Assembly: GCA_002256025.1 (NCBI GenBank)
Contig: NKIB01010224.1
Location: 1 to 64,000 of the forward strand
Source: Asterionella formosa
Taxonomy: Eukaryota
Direction: 5' to 3'
Length of the DNA: 64,000 nt
The translations under genes and the position numbers were made by a program. Below, in pieces: positions 1-12,045 of the stretch (position 1 is the stretch's first letter; every line of letters begins with the position of its first letter). Below the pieces are notes generated by a model. The model saw only the letters and a program-made list of their open reading frames with translations, was not told the DNA's origin and ran no database searches.

Positions 1-35
1 AAGAAATTTACTTAGGTCCATTATAAGGGAAATCT

Positions 36-118
36 CTTCATTGTCCTGGGCCCCCCTTAAGTAAAATCAGTCAAATTCAGTCACGGCAGTGTACATTGGG
101 GGGTCCAGGACAATGAAG
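36..118. repeat. 21-bp inverted repeat (hairpin or MITE-like)
   Basis: cttcattgtcctgggcccccc (36-56) pairs with ggggggtccaggacaatgaag (98-118), with one mismatch. Confidence 0.7.
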
Positions 119-121
119 TAT

Positions 122-1115
122 ACGGTAGTCAAGGTTTCGTTTATGTAAAATCATACGAGGAATGTAATACGGGGATATCCCGTTCTTTGCCGGAAAGGAA
201 TTCAGTTTCTTTGCAGATTCTGTCACTAGAATCTTACTCATCAGTCGTGGCAAATGTTTGAAAGGTAATCGCGCGCACGCATTCTTTAATCACTCGATTA
301 TTTCGCTCCGCTTCAGGAACCTGTTCTTGTGGGTTTGCGTAGTTCATAGTGACTTGAAATTCATTGGAAATTTGTTCCATCAAAGGTCGAAACTCGTTGT
401 CACATTGGATTGTTGTAATTTTAAATCCTCCAGTATTATAAACACAGAATACCTGAGTCAAAGCATCTCGATAGACATCAGCTCTCTGACTCTTGACCCA
501 TTGTGCTGTCCTATACATAATGTTTCGAGAAATTGCTGTGAGAAATGATTGTCCATTCACTTTCATTCCTGCTTTGACTATCCGAGGTAGTAGTTATAGT
601 CATGACCTGACTTCTTGATGGTGTGAGAAGCATTATTGCTCCCTCCCTTGGCTTGAAACTTGCCCTTGGCCTGAGCCTTCTTGGTAAACTTTCCTTATCC
701 ACTCATGATGCGCCTTGTGCAACTTCTTCAGACTCTGGATGGTCTGGACCCTCAGATCTTGTCTCCAGACTCTCAGCGGTCCAGCTGTTGTTGATTGTAA
801 TATTATGGCTCTTCCTGGCCAGCTAATTCTACTAAAACTGTTGAAATTGCATCCCGAAGCACTCTATTGCTTTCTTGTAGCCTGCAAGGACACGTCAGGG
901 ACCAAATAGGCTGTAGATATGAACAACGATGTTGCAGTAATCGATTGTAATCATTCCTAAGAGTTTTAGTAGAATTATGGGTTTTACTGGTGATGTAGAT
1001 TGTTTTCGAATTAAGAGTTTTCTCTGGTACCGTATTCTTTTTTGATTCATTCGATTCAATATGTAGAAGGTAATTCATACCGGGATTTTTCTTTCCTAAA
1101 ATAATTTCTCCAACA
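122..1115 (-). mobile_element. Degenerate, internally deleted Ty1/Copia (diatom CoDi-like) retrotransposon fragment
   Basis: The minus-strand integrase core reads KITTIQCDNEFRPL...NYANPQEQVPEAERNNRVIKECVRA. It continues after a frameshift as PFKHLPRLMSKILVTESAKKLNSFPAKNGISPYYIPRMILHKRNLDY. A possible LTR start TGTTGG lies at 1115 on the minus strand. Stops and frameshifts occur throughout. Confidence 0.75.
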
Positions 1116-1253
1116 CCATACACCGGAGTCGAATCGTTCTCGGAAATAGTAACGTCAAGGTTATAGCGAGATTCTTTGATCCTATCCAGTACTCCTACCG
1201 TCTGGTTTCATCACCCCGATCATCTGTTGGAACGCACAGCCCGCTTCGACGCC

Positions 1254-1901
1254 ATGTCCTATCCTCACAACGGAGACGATTCGGGTGATGAGAATTACGC
1301 AAAAGGAAGTTATCGGTCCAATAGTTGGCTTGCGGACGCCATGCTTCAGCAAAGCGGATCAACGGCTGAGGATTTAGAGCAATTTTTCGGAGCGAGCGGA
1401 GACATCAATGATCCCTATGGATTCGACGATGATGAAGTCCTAGAACAGTATCGTATCATGGCCCAGCATGAGGCCATTTCCCGTGTCAAGGAGAATACTG
1501 GGTTCGACATGGTAGAATACAATAAAAAAAAGAAGATGCAGGGTGAAGATTCCATGACTCAAAAGGGTCTCTTTGATGACGGTAAAAAGTCAAAGACGCG
1601 TCTCCCTGAACCCAAGCTCATTGTGTCTGGTAATATTAGTGCGCCAAAGCCGGAAGAACCGCCTCTACCTCTTCCAAAGCTTCGTACTCGATTCATGTCG
1701 CAGAAGCTCGACCGTGTGCCAGAAATTTGTCCCGGCGTGTTGATGCGAGGAACACCCACCACATTGGCTAGCATGCCTCCAGATGAGCATATTGTTCGAT
1801 GTGTGAACTGTCGTTCTCAACTGAGGGTCAAGATATTGGCCAGTCTGGTTAGTTGCCCTGAGTGCAGTACTGTGAGTTCCGCTAGCAGTACGAGACGCTA
1901 G
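1254..1901 (+). CDS. Hypothetical protein with a C-terminal CxxC...CxxC zinc ribbon (LSD1-like spacing)
   Basis: Open frame from ATG 1254. It has an acidic N-terminus and ends VRCVNCRSQLRV...LVSCPECSTV. Confidence 0.7.
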   Translation: MSYPHNGDDSGDENYAKGSYRSNSWLADAMLQQSGSTAEDLEQFFGASGDINDPYGFDDDEVLEQYRIMAQHEAISRVKENTGFDMVEYNKKKKMQGEDSMTQKGLFDDGKKSKTRLPEPKLIVSGNISAPKPEEPPLPLPKLRTRFMSQKLDRVPEICPGVLMRGTPTTLASMPPDEHIVRCVNCRSQLRVKILASLVSCPECSTVSSASSTRR

Positions 1902-2096
1902 CATTGTCTTTGCTGGTGGAACAGAACTTACTACCATGGAGAATATATCAGCGGCACTAGAACGTAATATTTGAGTCGATGAAATTATGAGAAACAGGCC
2001 AACATAATTGCAATTAGTAGCTCGCTATCGCATGTAAAACCATGGCTGAAGGCATAGTCGTGATAGCCACGAGACAAAAGCGTACATTGGAAAACA

Positions 2097-2516
2097 TCAT
2101 GGCATTTTGTCGAGAGCTCGATTGAATCCACCCTTTCGATTCATGTATTGTCGATATTTTCTGGCTTTATTCTTAGCAGCTGCTCCCCTTGCTGCACCTT
2201 TGTGGTTGTCTTCCACAGGTTCTCCCTTGGTACTTCCAAATCCCGAAAACCCCATTAACTGCGCCATCGCATCATCTTCGTCGTCATCTTCCTTTGGTTC
2301 CTTCGGGAACACCTCGTCGTCTTCCTCGTCTAGTTTCTGTTCTTCGTCAGCCCGAAGTCGTGACATGCGTTCTCGTCGGGCAACTTCTTGAAGTCTTTTG
2401 ATTTCTTCATCGTCGATTGGCGATCGGCTTCGCGATCGATCTCTTGTTGAGTAGTGATGTGACGATCTGTAATGTCTCTTTTCATCATCTTCGTATTTCC
2501 TGCGCCGTTCTGACAT
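2097..2516 (-). CDS. SNRNP27: U4/U6.U5 tri-snRNP 27 kDa protein
   Basis: RS-rich N-terminus and the conserved C-terminus [11 protein letters not shown]...[17 protein letters not shown]. The likely ATG is at 2516. Confidence 0.9.
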   Translation of the reverse strand: MSERRRKYEDDEKRHYRSSHHYSTRDRSRSRSPIDDEEIKRLQEVARRERMSRLRADEEQKLDEEDDEVFPKEPKEDDDEDDAMAQLMGFSGFGSTKGEPVEDNHKGAARGAAAKNKARKYRQYMNRKGGFNRALDKMP

Positions 2517-2990
2517 TTGACTGTAACACTTGCTCGCTTCGATAAAGGCAGTATGGAATTTGAGTAGCTGAGAGAGAGCAGAAAGTCGATCGGAGGGAGC
2601 GACTACTATACAGCTTGCGAATTCATGGGGATTCACTGCATGCATTGTCTTCAATCCTCGCGCTTGGACAGGCGAGACAAAGTAAGTACCGTATAGAGCA
2701 GTACGGAAATTTGTATTAGACTGGTAGAAATTGCCTAATAAGAGAAGACAAAGGCTATATATCTGAGAATAGTTGAATACATGTTACTTTCACTAATTTT
2801 AGGATAAGTAAAATTTAATATGACATTGTAATATATTTATGCGAATACCGGTATATATGAAAACTTGTTTTCGTCACCAGTCACACCAGCTCACTTTTTC
2901 ACCACCACGAGGGTTTGCTATTGATCCAGTAATAAATATTTTGACATTTCTCGAACCAACGCTCCCTCTCGAAGTTTCATTCGACACAAG

Positions 2991-3850
2991 ATGATGGTTA
3001 TTCAAGTACTTTCCCTGTTCTACAGCGTCACCTTCGCCAGTGGCTTCTTGCCAAGCTTGCGTGTCAAAGGATTTCACTATCCTTTGCGTTGGCCGTTGGG
3101 CGGAAGTGTCGCTGAGAAAGTCCTTGAAAATCCGAAGTGGCCAACCGAATGGCCGTACTCCGAGGACGACTTCTACCGCCAAGACGAGTCCAACGATGGC
3201 ATATTTTACGGCCAAGCGAGATTGTGAGTGTTTTCAAAGATCACTGTGTCATGCCCTCAAAGCTCGATACTGCTTGCTAACTTGTTCAAGTAATCATCAG
3301 GGTCTACCACATCGACGATCTCGCTGTAAGGGCTTTAACCGAGTACTACGCCGCGAATATCAAGGATGGTGAAGATGTCTTAGACATTTGCTCTTCATGG
3401 GTGAGTCATTACCCAAAGGACTGGAAAGGTGGCAACGTTGTTGGTTTGGGCATGAACGAATATGAGTTGTCACAAAATCCTCAATTGTCATCATTTGTCG
3501 TGAAAGACTTGAACGTAGACCCTACTTTCCCTTTCGAGGATGCTTCTTTCGACAAGGTAACATGTGTGGTGAGTGTTGACTATTTGAATAAACCCAAGGA
3601 AATCTTTAGCGAGATTGGTCGGGTCCTTCGTCCTGGCGGGGAATGTATGTTGGCAATGAGCAATAGGTGCTTCCCCACTAAAGCGTTTCGGATCTGGCTC
3701 CAGACTAATGACCTTGAACACATTTTCATTGCTGGATCCTTTTTTCACTATTCTGGTTTGTTTGGTCCTCCCTCTTGCGACGATATCAGCCCATCTCCCG
3801 GAAGGAGTGACCCCCTTTTCATTGTGAAGGCAAAGCGAAAGAGTAACTAG
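2991..3850 (+). CDS. Plastid-targeted class I SAM-dependent methyltransferase (Methyltransf_11-like)
   Basis: Signal peptide plus an ASG-FLP cleavage motif. Intron 3224-3300 (GT..AG) joins FYGQARL to VYHIDD. Motifs: VLDICSSWVSHYP, GLGMNEYEL, SFDKVTCVVSVDYL, RVLRPGG, SNRCFPTKA. Confidence 0.88.
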
Positions 3851-3991
3851 ATGCCCTTACCATACTGCTGTGAATGGCTTGATTATAAGCATTAATATCA
3901 GTATCTAAAGCAGAGACTCGAAATGGAGTAATAAAAACTGTCAGATGTTACTAAATGTGTCTATTACTATGACAGTAGAAAGAAAATAGTT

Positions 3992-6900
3992 TCAATACTC
4001 TCCAGCTGTGAAACCTGAACATGTTGCCAAATGATCAACTTTTGTTCCCTTGGAGGTGAAACCCACCTTAATTTTCAACATCAGATTCTTGGTGCCAAGC
4101 ATAGAATTTGTTACCGTGATGGTTTGCGTCACTGTCTTATTGTTACCACCAGTTTGAGGCACTGTCGTCGATGTCGGTGGCTGCATTTCCATGTGTACAT
4201 ACTTGGGTACTGCAACCTGCATGCTGAGCCCGTACAGAGGAGCATCCGTTGTGTTTTTAAATTGCGCGACCAATACAGATTTTTGCTTGTTCCAGGTATC
4301 AGGTTTAGTGCATTGAAACTCGACTGAGAGACCTTGGTGGCTGAAACCTTGAATAATGACTGGGCCGGTAACAGGTGCTGTGGTAATTGGATTTGACATA
4401 GCGGTTGTAGCACTCGGAATCTGCGGCTGCGGTGGAGGAGCACCAAAGAGATCCATTGGATTGACAGAAGCAGGGGCACCTTGTATTGTAGTAGTAAATG
4501 GAGCTGCAACTGGAGGAGTGCCAAATAGATCCATCGGGTTGACAGCTTGCTGAACGGGCATAGCGGTAAATGGATCGAATCCGCCAGATGCTGCAGGAGT
4601 GGCTGAGGGGGGCGCCGAAAAGATGTCCGAGAGCAGATCAACGTCACTCCTTGGTGCGTCTGTCGGTTTTGCTATGGAACTTCCTCCATTTTGCTGTGCA
4701 GGTGGAACAACGGGGGCACTCCCAAAAATATCACTTAGGTCCAACAAGTCACCTCCACCGCGTCCCGAGTTAGATATGGCTCTCGGTTCTCTCGCGGCGC
4801 CAACATGGTTTTCACCGAAGAAGTCATCGGATGCTTGCTTCTTCTTCATAACCTTGAGGTCGACGACAGGCATTCTTGCAAGAGCATCTTTTGCCGCCTG
4901 AACTACAACTGCACTAACTGAGCCAGAATTTTCAGATACTCCAAATAGATCGTCCGTAGCTGCGACAGGCGGAGTACCTGCAATTCCCTTCGCGGTATTT
5001 AGCAGCGCGTCGTATTCGCACGACCGCAGCTGCATCTCCAAGGAATGATTTCCCTTGTGCTTCTTTAGTAGCCCTTGCAGTTTGGCGACAGTGGCAGAGT
5101 CTCCTTGATTAGCAAATCTATCGCTGAGTTTTGCATAACAGGTCAATGCACGTTCTTTCACTTCGGGTGGACAAGAATGCTTCATCGTGACTTCTTCCAC
5201 CGTTGCGACAATTGTGGCGGGATCTAGAGCCATGAAGGAGATAGGAACCGCTACGTTTGCAGCTTCAGCAGTAGCACGCGTCGTAGCAGTGTAAGTGTAG
5301 GAATTCAATAAAAGATCTCCATATTCACCAATACACCATACACCGACAGTAAGCAATCCACGCTGGGTACCATCATCATCCCGGATAGCCTTGAGAAGCT
5401 TGTGTGTAGCATACGCTTGCAGGTCTTCTGAGGAGCGAGAGATGTATACTATAGTCGCACTTTGCACTTCCCTACTCGTTTCTCTACCGGCAATAGTGAG
5501 CATGGTAATGAGTGTGTCGACTCGCCATCTATCTTCGGGGCTAAAGCGATCAACAACCCGAAGAATACGGGTACAGATTCCACCACGGTGTTCACGAGGA
5601 CACAGTACAAGGTAGTTCAAAAGTTCTGCAGTCAAGTCCTCGACGTTTTCGTCGTTAACAAGGTGGTAGATGAGTTCCAAGGCACGTTGACGAATGCTGA
5701 CATCTGGGTCCTTTAGACAGTCGACGACGGTTGTCCGATGACGTTGAAGAGCAGATGCTGCCGAATTCGCGTTGTCGGCGCCAGTCGCGAGTTCGTCCCT
5801 GCCAGCAACAATGCACTTAGCCAGTGTGTTGAGGGCAACGTATCGAATATTGTTGTCGCGGTTTAAGAGGAAACGACCCAAGATGTTAACAGCTAAGACG
5901 CGCAAGGAATCTTCGCTTTCAATAGCCATGATGGTCTGAACACATTCATACAAAATGGCATTTCCGGCATTCTTGGAAGTCTCCGTGTTTGTGGCAACCT
6001 GAGCCAAGACATCGTTCATTTCCTCCGAGGCTGCCTCGTTTCCGGTACCCAAAAGGCGGAAGACGGTCAAAATTTGAACCTGAAGGAAAGGATCCGAGAT
6101 TCCTCCTACGTCATATTCGGGTGCATATCCTAGGCTAAGCAAATTGCGGAGCAGCTTGACCAAGACAGGAACCAATCGCAAGAATGCCTGTCGACACGGG
6201 GTCTCCGAAAGATTCTCGTATCCTTCCTCCTCGGCAGTTTCCCCATCCACAATGAGCACTTGAGTCATGAGTTCAACCACCGTGATCAAGACTCCGTGAC
6301 TCTTATCCTTCAGCAACGTGACGACGCGTTCCACAAAATCTTCCACCATGTCTGGACACTTTGTGAGACACCGAGACATGGCCAGACATGCCTTCTTCCT
6401 TAGATAGGGATTGGGTGATTTGAGGTGTTTGTCCACCTCGGGAGCCAAATCACGCGACATGTCCGCAGTGGCAAGATTTCCAATAGCGCAAAGGGCGAGA
6501 CCAGCGACAAATCTGTTTTCAGAGTTCATGTCATTCTTGAGTGAGTTCGTAGCAAGCATCAGCACATCTGCGTCCTCTGAAAGTAGAAGCATCATGCCGA
6601 GATATCCGATGCGCTTCTCGGGAAAGTGGGGAGAGGCGGTCAGCTTCATGCATTCCAGTTGGCCAAAGTGAGTCGGATAGCCTGTGTCGGAATTTAAAAG
6701 GTCAGTGAAGTTAGAATACAGAAACAGAACTAATTACGAGGTCCAGACATGCAGTAATAGTGTCAAGCCCTATCACCCAAGATCCATTGAAAGCTCCATT
6801 CCATTCCATCTCAATTTTTCGTCTCCTTTTCCGTGCCCAGTTTTCGTTGCACAATAGCGACTCACCAAGCATATGCATGAAGAGCAGCTTGGCCACATTC

Positions 6901-7037
6901 CGGTGCCGGAAATGTTCTTGCTCCTCGCGAATCGCAGTCCGGATCATTGCTGACTCCTTGGCGATGACCGCTCGCTCTTCCGAAGCCGTCTTGCAAGCGC
7001 GAACCTTGCGGATCAGATCTCTGAGTTTCATCGACAT
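3992..7037 (-). CDS. AP1G: AP-1 adaptor complex gamma subunit
   Basis: N-terminus MSMKLRDLIRKVRACKTASEERAVIAKESA. Intron 6682-6865 joins HMLG to YPTHFG. Adaptin trunk (EKRIGYLG, DPFLQVQIL, NNIRYVALNTL), hinge with LLDL and DLF motifs, and a C-terminal ear domain. Confidence 0.95.
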
Positions 7038-8349
7038 GGCGAGGGATTGTAGGAGGTTCAAGCGAACAAAAGCGGGTTGAGGTTGGGCTTCTTGGCAAAA
7101 GGCAGCACTCCAACGCCGATCAACGCAATTATTATAGTGTTTGTAATTGCTCTATGCTGTTCCCTTGCTTATAATACTCCTACCGGTAGTCTACTGTATT
7201 ATTATGGCCTCTACTATCATTGCCTCGAAAACCTCGTACGCGTTTCTACGTTTGATTACCTATGTAGTAAAAAAGACTTAATACTACCGGGGCGCCCTGC
7301 TACCAGGTACCAGTAGAACTCATGTCGTAGTGACTGTGCCTGTTCGCACGTCGCAAGTCAAAAGTTTTATGCGTCGTCATCATGCATTATGGTTTGGCCC
7401 CGCCTTTTTATTAACCCTAAACTACTTGTTGGTATGGAACAAGGAATTTCTTGGTGTTCAATCGAAACACTAACGAAAATAATTCTGCGAAATATTCATT
7501 CACAAGACTTATACATCAATAATTACTTGTAGTCTGTAACAACAGATTCCTATTCAAATATTTTGGCAACTACTAAAAATCCAGATGGGGTCATCTTTTC
7601 AGATGTCAATTCTTGCTAAATACTGGTGAGCATTAGATGCCTACAATATTATTTATGTAGGCATGATCACTTTAACATCAAGAGTGACCTTCTGCTGGCA
7701 AGAAGCATCAGTTATTTATATTAAAATATTAGTAAAATTCAGACCATTTTTGAACTCTGAAGTGAACAGACTGCAACCTTAATGTAAACATGCATGGCTG
7801 AGGTTGACAGAAACCTCAAGATACAGATGCATATCTAGTAGCTAGATGTCAGTAGACACCTTGCTCTGGTGGAGTCATCTGTAAAAGCTATCATCTAAAC
7901 ATCTGTTCATCAGGCCTTGCTTAACCCTAGCTAGTGTGGAGTCCTAGAAAATTGCTAGGTTCGTTAAATTGTCAAACATCTCTTTTATGGCTGCCGACTA
8001 GCTACTGCAATGATAGTGGTACTATGTGCAGAAGCAGTCGTCGTCCCCCTAGCACCCCCTCCACATCATTCTGTGCTTCATTTCGACTGTGTTCGATTTA
8101 TGAAGGAGAATAAAAGTGTTGGTGGAAGCCACTCCTGGCCACTGGGGTTGTTGTTGGATCCAGCATGATCATAGCACTGGAGTCCCAGCCATGCTGAGGC
8201 CAGCATGATCCTTCGATGATCAAACCCAAAGTGTTCACAGTTGAATGGAAATGCTTGGGTTATTGGAAGCTCACCACACAAGTCGATGATGTGATGATGA
8301 TATTTTTGATACACAAAAACCAGTATTTCCCTGGGAGGTACCACTTAAA

Positions 8350-10340
8350 AACTGTTGTGGCTGCAGACGAAGTCAAGGAAATGGCTGAAATACAATCTCC
8401 AATATTAGCAACGATGGGGATCGTTAAAGCAGAAACAACAACAGAGATATCTGAAATTAGAAAGAGTTAAAAAGTTTGGGGAATGGCTTAGTGGTTAGCA
8501 CACCTGTTGTGGTGGCAGGTTCGAGTCCTGCATTCTCCACCTGTCTTTTTCATGTAGTCCCTACTAGGGTTCCGGGGATGCGGCTGACAGACAGTTCCTG
8601 TTGTACCGTACAGACGAATAAAACCGGTACTAATTATGTCCATTTATTCATTTATTTGGGCATGAGTGCGATAAGTGGATAGCCTCAACGTACTATAAGA
8701 TTTGATTGACAGTTTTTTTAGAAAGAGGTAAAAAGTTTGTTATTGACAAACGCAATGTGTGATATGATTTTGTTGGAAGAGATTGGTTGCAAGAGTTAAA
8801 AATTGATATTTGCTATTGCGATAAAACAATGAAAATGGAAGGAAGCCGAGTTTTATTGAAAAAGAAAGCTGAGAAACCGAGTTTTTACATCAATAATGAT
8901 CATTCTGATGAAAACTAGATGAGATTTATTTGGAAGAAATCAAGGAGACGAAATATGAGCAACTTGCTTTGGATGACGTGATTGTCCTACAAAAACATCT
9001 AAACAAAAGTCAAATGATGCAATTCTTTTGATATAAACGTCTAAAAATTGGAGTTTCGCAAGCACCAGACCTTTGTCAAGAAATCATGGAAAGTATTTAA
9101 AAGATGTACCGGATGTCGAAGTATTTTTGGATGACACTGTCATATTTTCTCTAGATTATTTGTCACATATGAAAACAATTGCAATTGTTCTACACCGTCT
9201 ACAGGCAAATGTATTTACAGTCAATCCTCTTAAATGTGCTTGTGCATTTAAAGAAACAGATTGGCTTGGTTATTGGCTAACACCAACAGATTTGCGTCCA
9301 TGGTCCAAAAAGATCCAAGTTATCCAATGCATTCAGCCACCAACAATTATCAAACAACTACGACGTTTTATCGGTGCAGTGAATTATTATCGAGATATGT
9401 GGACCAAAAGTGCACATTTGTTATCAAAAGTCACCGTCTTAGCAGGAAAAAAGAAGTTTGAATGGACAGACAGACATCAAAAACCTTTTGAACGCATCAA
9501 CGCTGTTATAGCATAAGACTCTTTGCTTCGCTATCCCGATCATAACAAACCCTTCCATATTTATACAGATGCATCTGATTTTCAGATGGGAGCGGTAATA
9601 ATGTAGGAAAATCACCCTGTTATTTATTTTTCGCGCGAATTGAATCCTGCGCAACACAATTATTCTACAATTGAAAAAGAACTGTTGTCCATTGTCGAAG
9701 TTCTGCTTGAATTTCCTCCTATGCTATATTGTTGTGATATCACCATTTTTACTGACCACAAAAATTTTTGACTTTTCCTAATCTTACCACGCAACGGGTC
9801 CTCCTTTGGCGAGTTTTTTTAATCGAAGAAAATGGTCCAAATTTTGTGGATGTTAAGGGACAATATTATTGCAGATTTTTTCAGCCGAACCACCTCTCAG
9901 AAGAGAAGGAAGCACCAGGTCCATATGGACCAGCACACACATATGATGTGGATGATTTACAGTATATGGACAGTGATGATTTTATGCTTCTACCAATTCT
10001 TACTCTATAGTGCTGTGTGATCAAGTGTTTCGAGAGTGTTATTTGTCTGAAGTAACAAGATTAGGTGAATAATTTGATTTCAACAAGCAATGCTGAGAAT
10101 TTTATACTCAGCTGCGCGAACAGATGGAAAACTATGAGCAAAGCTGCGAAACATGTAAAAATAAATAAACTGCTGGGTCGTGGATATGGACATCTCAGCC
10201 ACTCCATTAGAAGCACTCCTTGTTGCACCATGGTTTGAAGTAGCGATTGACACAGTCGGACATTGGGACATGGAATTGGCTAACCGTGAGACGCGAAAAT
10301 TGTATGCTTCAACAATGATTGATACAGTTATTTAGCTGGC
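8350..10340 (+). mobile_element. Degenerate Ty3/Gypsy pol remnant (protease-RT-RNase H-integrase order)
   Basis: Protease-like DMIL.GRDWLQELKIDI at ~8760. RT: VFLDD...FTVNPLKC...WLGYWLT...KQLRRFIGAVNYYRDMW. RNase H: FHIYTDASDFQMGAV*...[14 protein letters not shown]...IFTDHKN. Integrase: APWFEVAIDTVGHW. Many stops and frameshifts; boundaries are approximate. Confidence 0.85.
8478..8717 (+). mobile_element. tRNA-derived SINE-like insertion with 21-bp target-site duplication
   Basis: tRNA-like head at 8478-8539 with A box TGGCTTAGTGG (8484-8494) and B box GGTTCGAGTCC (8518-8528). The element ends in a T-run. It is flanked by direct repeats ttagaaagag(t/g)taaaaagttt at 8457-8477 and 8718-8738. 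Confidence 0.7.
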
Positions 10341-12045
10341 AGGCAAATGTACATAACACTAGCTAAATACAGCAAAATTGCCACGTGTTGTTGAAGAGAA
10401 AGGGCAGTTACCCCTAGTAGCAAAAAACTCTCTAAATCTAAGCCTTGCAAAATACTGCATTTCGAGATTTCATACTTCTTTGAGATAATCTGCATGGGGA
10501 ATGCGGTGCCCTCAGTAGAAGTCATTTCCCAGGATCAACGGTATATTTCAATAAAAAGAGAAAGGGGAAAGGAAACTAATCCTGCAATTGATTGTATTAC
10601 TCTACAATTTCTGTGCCTGCAAAGAAAGTTGGTTAGAACCAAATTGCTTCTGTTCATATTCCTTATTTGCATTGGAATGCAAATGAATATTCGGTACTAT
10701 AAGAGGTAAAATTTAGTTTTATGTCTTACTTTAAATTAATTGAAACTTATTCATTGTCACCAGTTTCATCATTATCAATCAATCATTGACTCACAACATC
10801 CAGAGAACCTCCTGCTGCAGAGGGGGAATCTCTGAAATTTGCTGGTGATTTTAATTCAGTTGTTGTCTGCATCGTGCCTCATAATGGTACTCAGCTTTGA
10901 TGAAGATGAAGGTTGAAGAGTATTCAGACCCTGCACTGATTGCTGTATTGATTGCATATTTGATGCTAGCATTCATGGAGTGTGTCATTGCCTGCATGGG
11001 TTCAATTCCAGTATTGGAAGTTGTCGGTATTCATGTCCCATGGCTTAACATTGTTGAAATGATTAACATGATTATCATGTTTCATTGCTGTTGTCGTTGA
11101 TGATTTTGCGTGTGTTGTTGCTAAATCATCTATTGTTGCAATGGCACAACTGGCTGTATGGACAAAAGCAATGTTGCTTGTTTAGATTGGTAGATACCAT
11201 GTTTGACCTCAGCCAGAGTGCCACCATAGGTCAGGGAACTCTTCCTGCATTTCAATTAATGGAACAAGCTGAACTAGCATAATTTCGGACCAGAGCACGG
11301 CAGTTGCTGTGTCAGTAGTTTTCGCTCCATAGCAACTTCATTGTTGTCTTGAGTGACTTAGTACTACTAGCAGTCAAGTGTCATAAAATCATCATCCACA
11401 TTATTGTCTCCTATCCCAAGTTTTGCTAAATCAATCTCTCCACTTGCATCAGCTCTCTCTTAGAATTTACGAAATATTTGTTTGCTGTATCTAACCCTCA
11501 GCTGGTGTGTTCTTGGGTCACCAGTTGGTTTTTGAACTTTATGCAATGGAAAATTTGAGCTGAATTGAAGCTCCAGTTTTGTCTTTATCTACAAACTGGA
11601 GTTTCCAAATTTGGTCAAAACAAAACATGAATTTTGGATCCCAAATGGGTGCAAAGATTTCTGTAATAAAACATAAGCACAATTATTTTTGTGACAACAA
11701 ATCACTCCCACTAATTTCGGTGCACAACATACAAAATTTGTATATTCAGCATTTACCAGTACTTCGAAAAATTATTTCAGTAAAAATTGTACCTTGTACT
11801 AAATTAGTGCTGGCAAGAACTTTTATTATGCTCCGTGATCAAATGTTCGACCTAGTGACGGATGTAATCAAGCAAGACAATGGAGCCTAAAGGGCAAACA
11901 ATGGAAGGATAGACAGCTTGGTCCTATACAGTCACATTCTAATACTGTACGCCTTGATATATCTCTTAATTATGTCTCTTTGTCTCCAAAATGGGGACTC
12001 CACAACAGCATTTCATTCCTTCAATTCAAAACTTGCTGCAAACGC

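Noticed and set aside
8478..8539. Functional tRNA gene
   Set aside because: It is only 62 nt, with no canonical 7-nt anticodon loop or variable region, and it sits inside a TSD-flanked insertion. I treated it as a SINE head instead.
10340..11900. Short ORFs between the Gypsy remnant and the V-ATPase d gene
   Set aside because: AT-rich and stop-ridden, with no family motif recognised.
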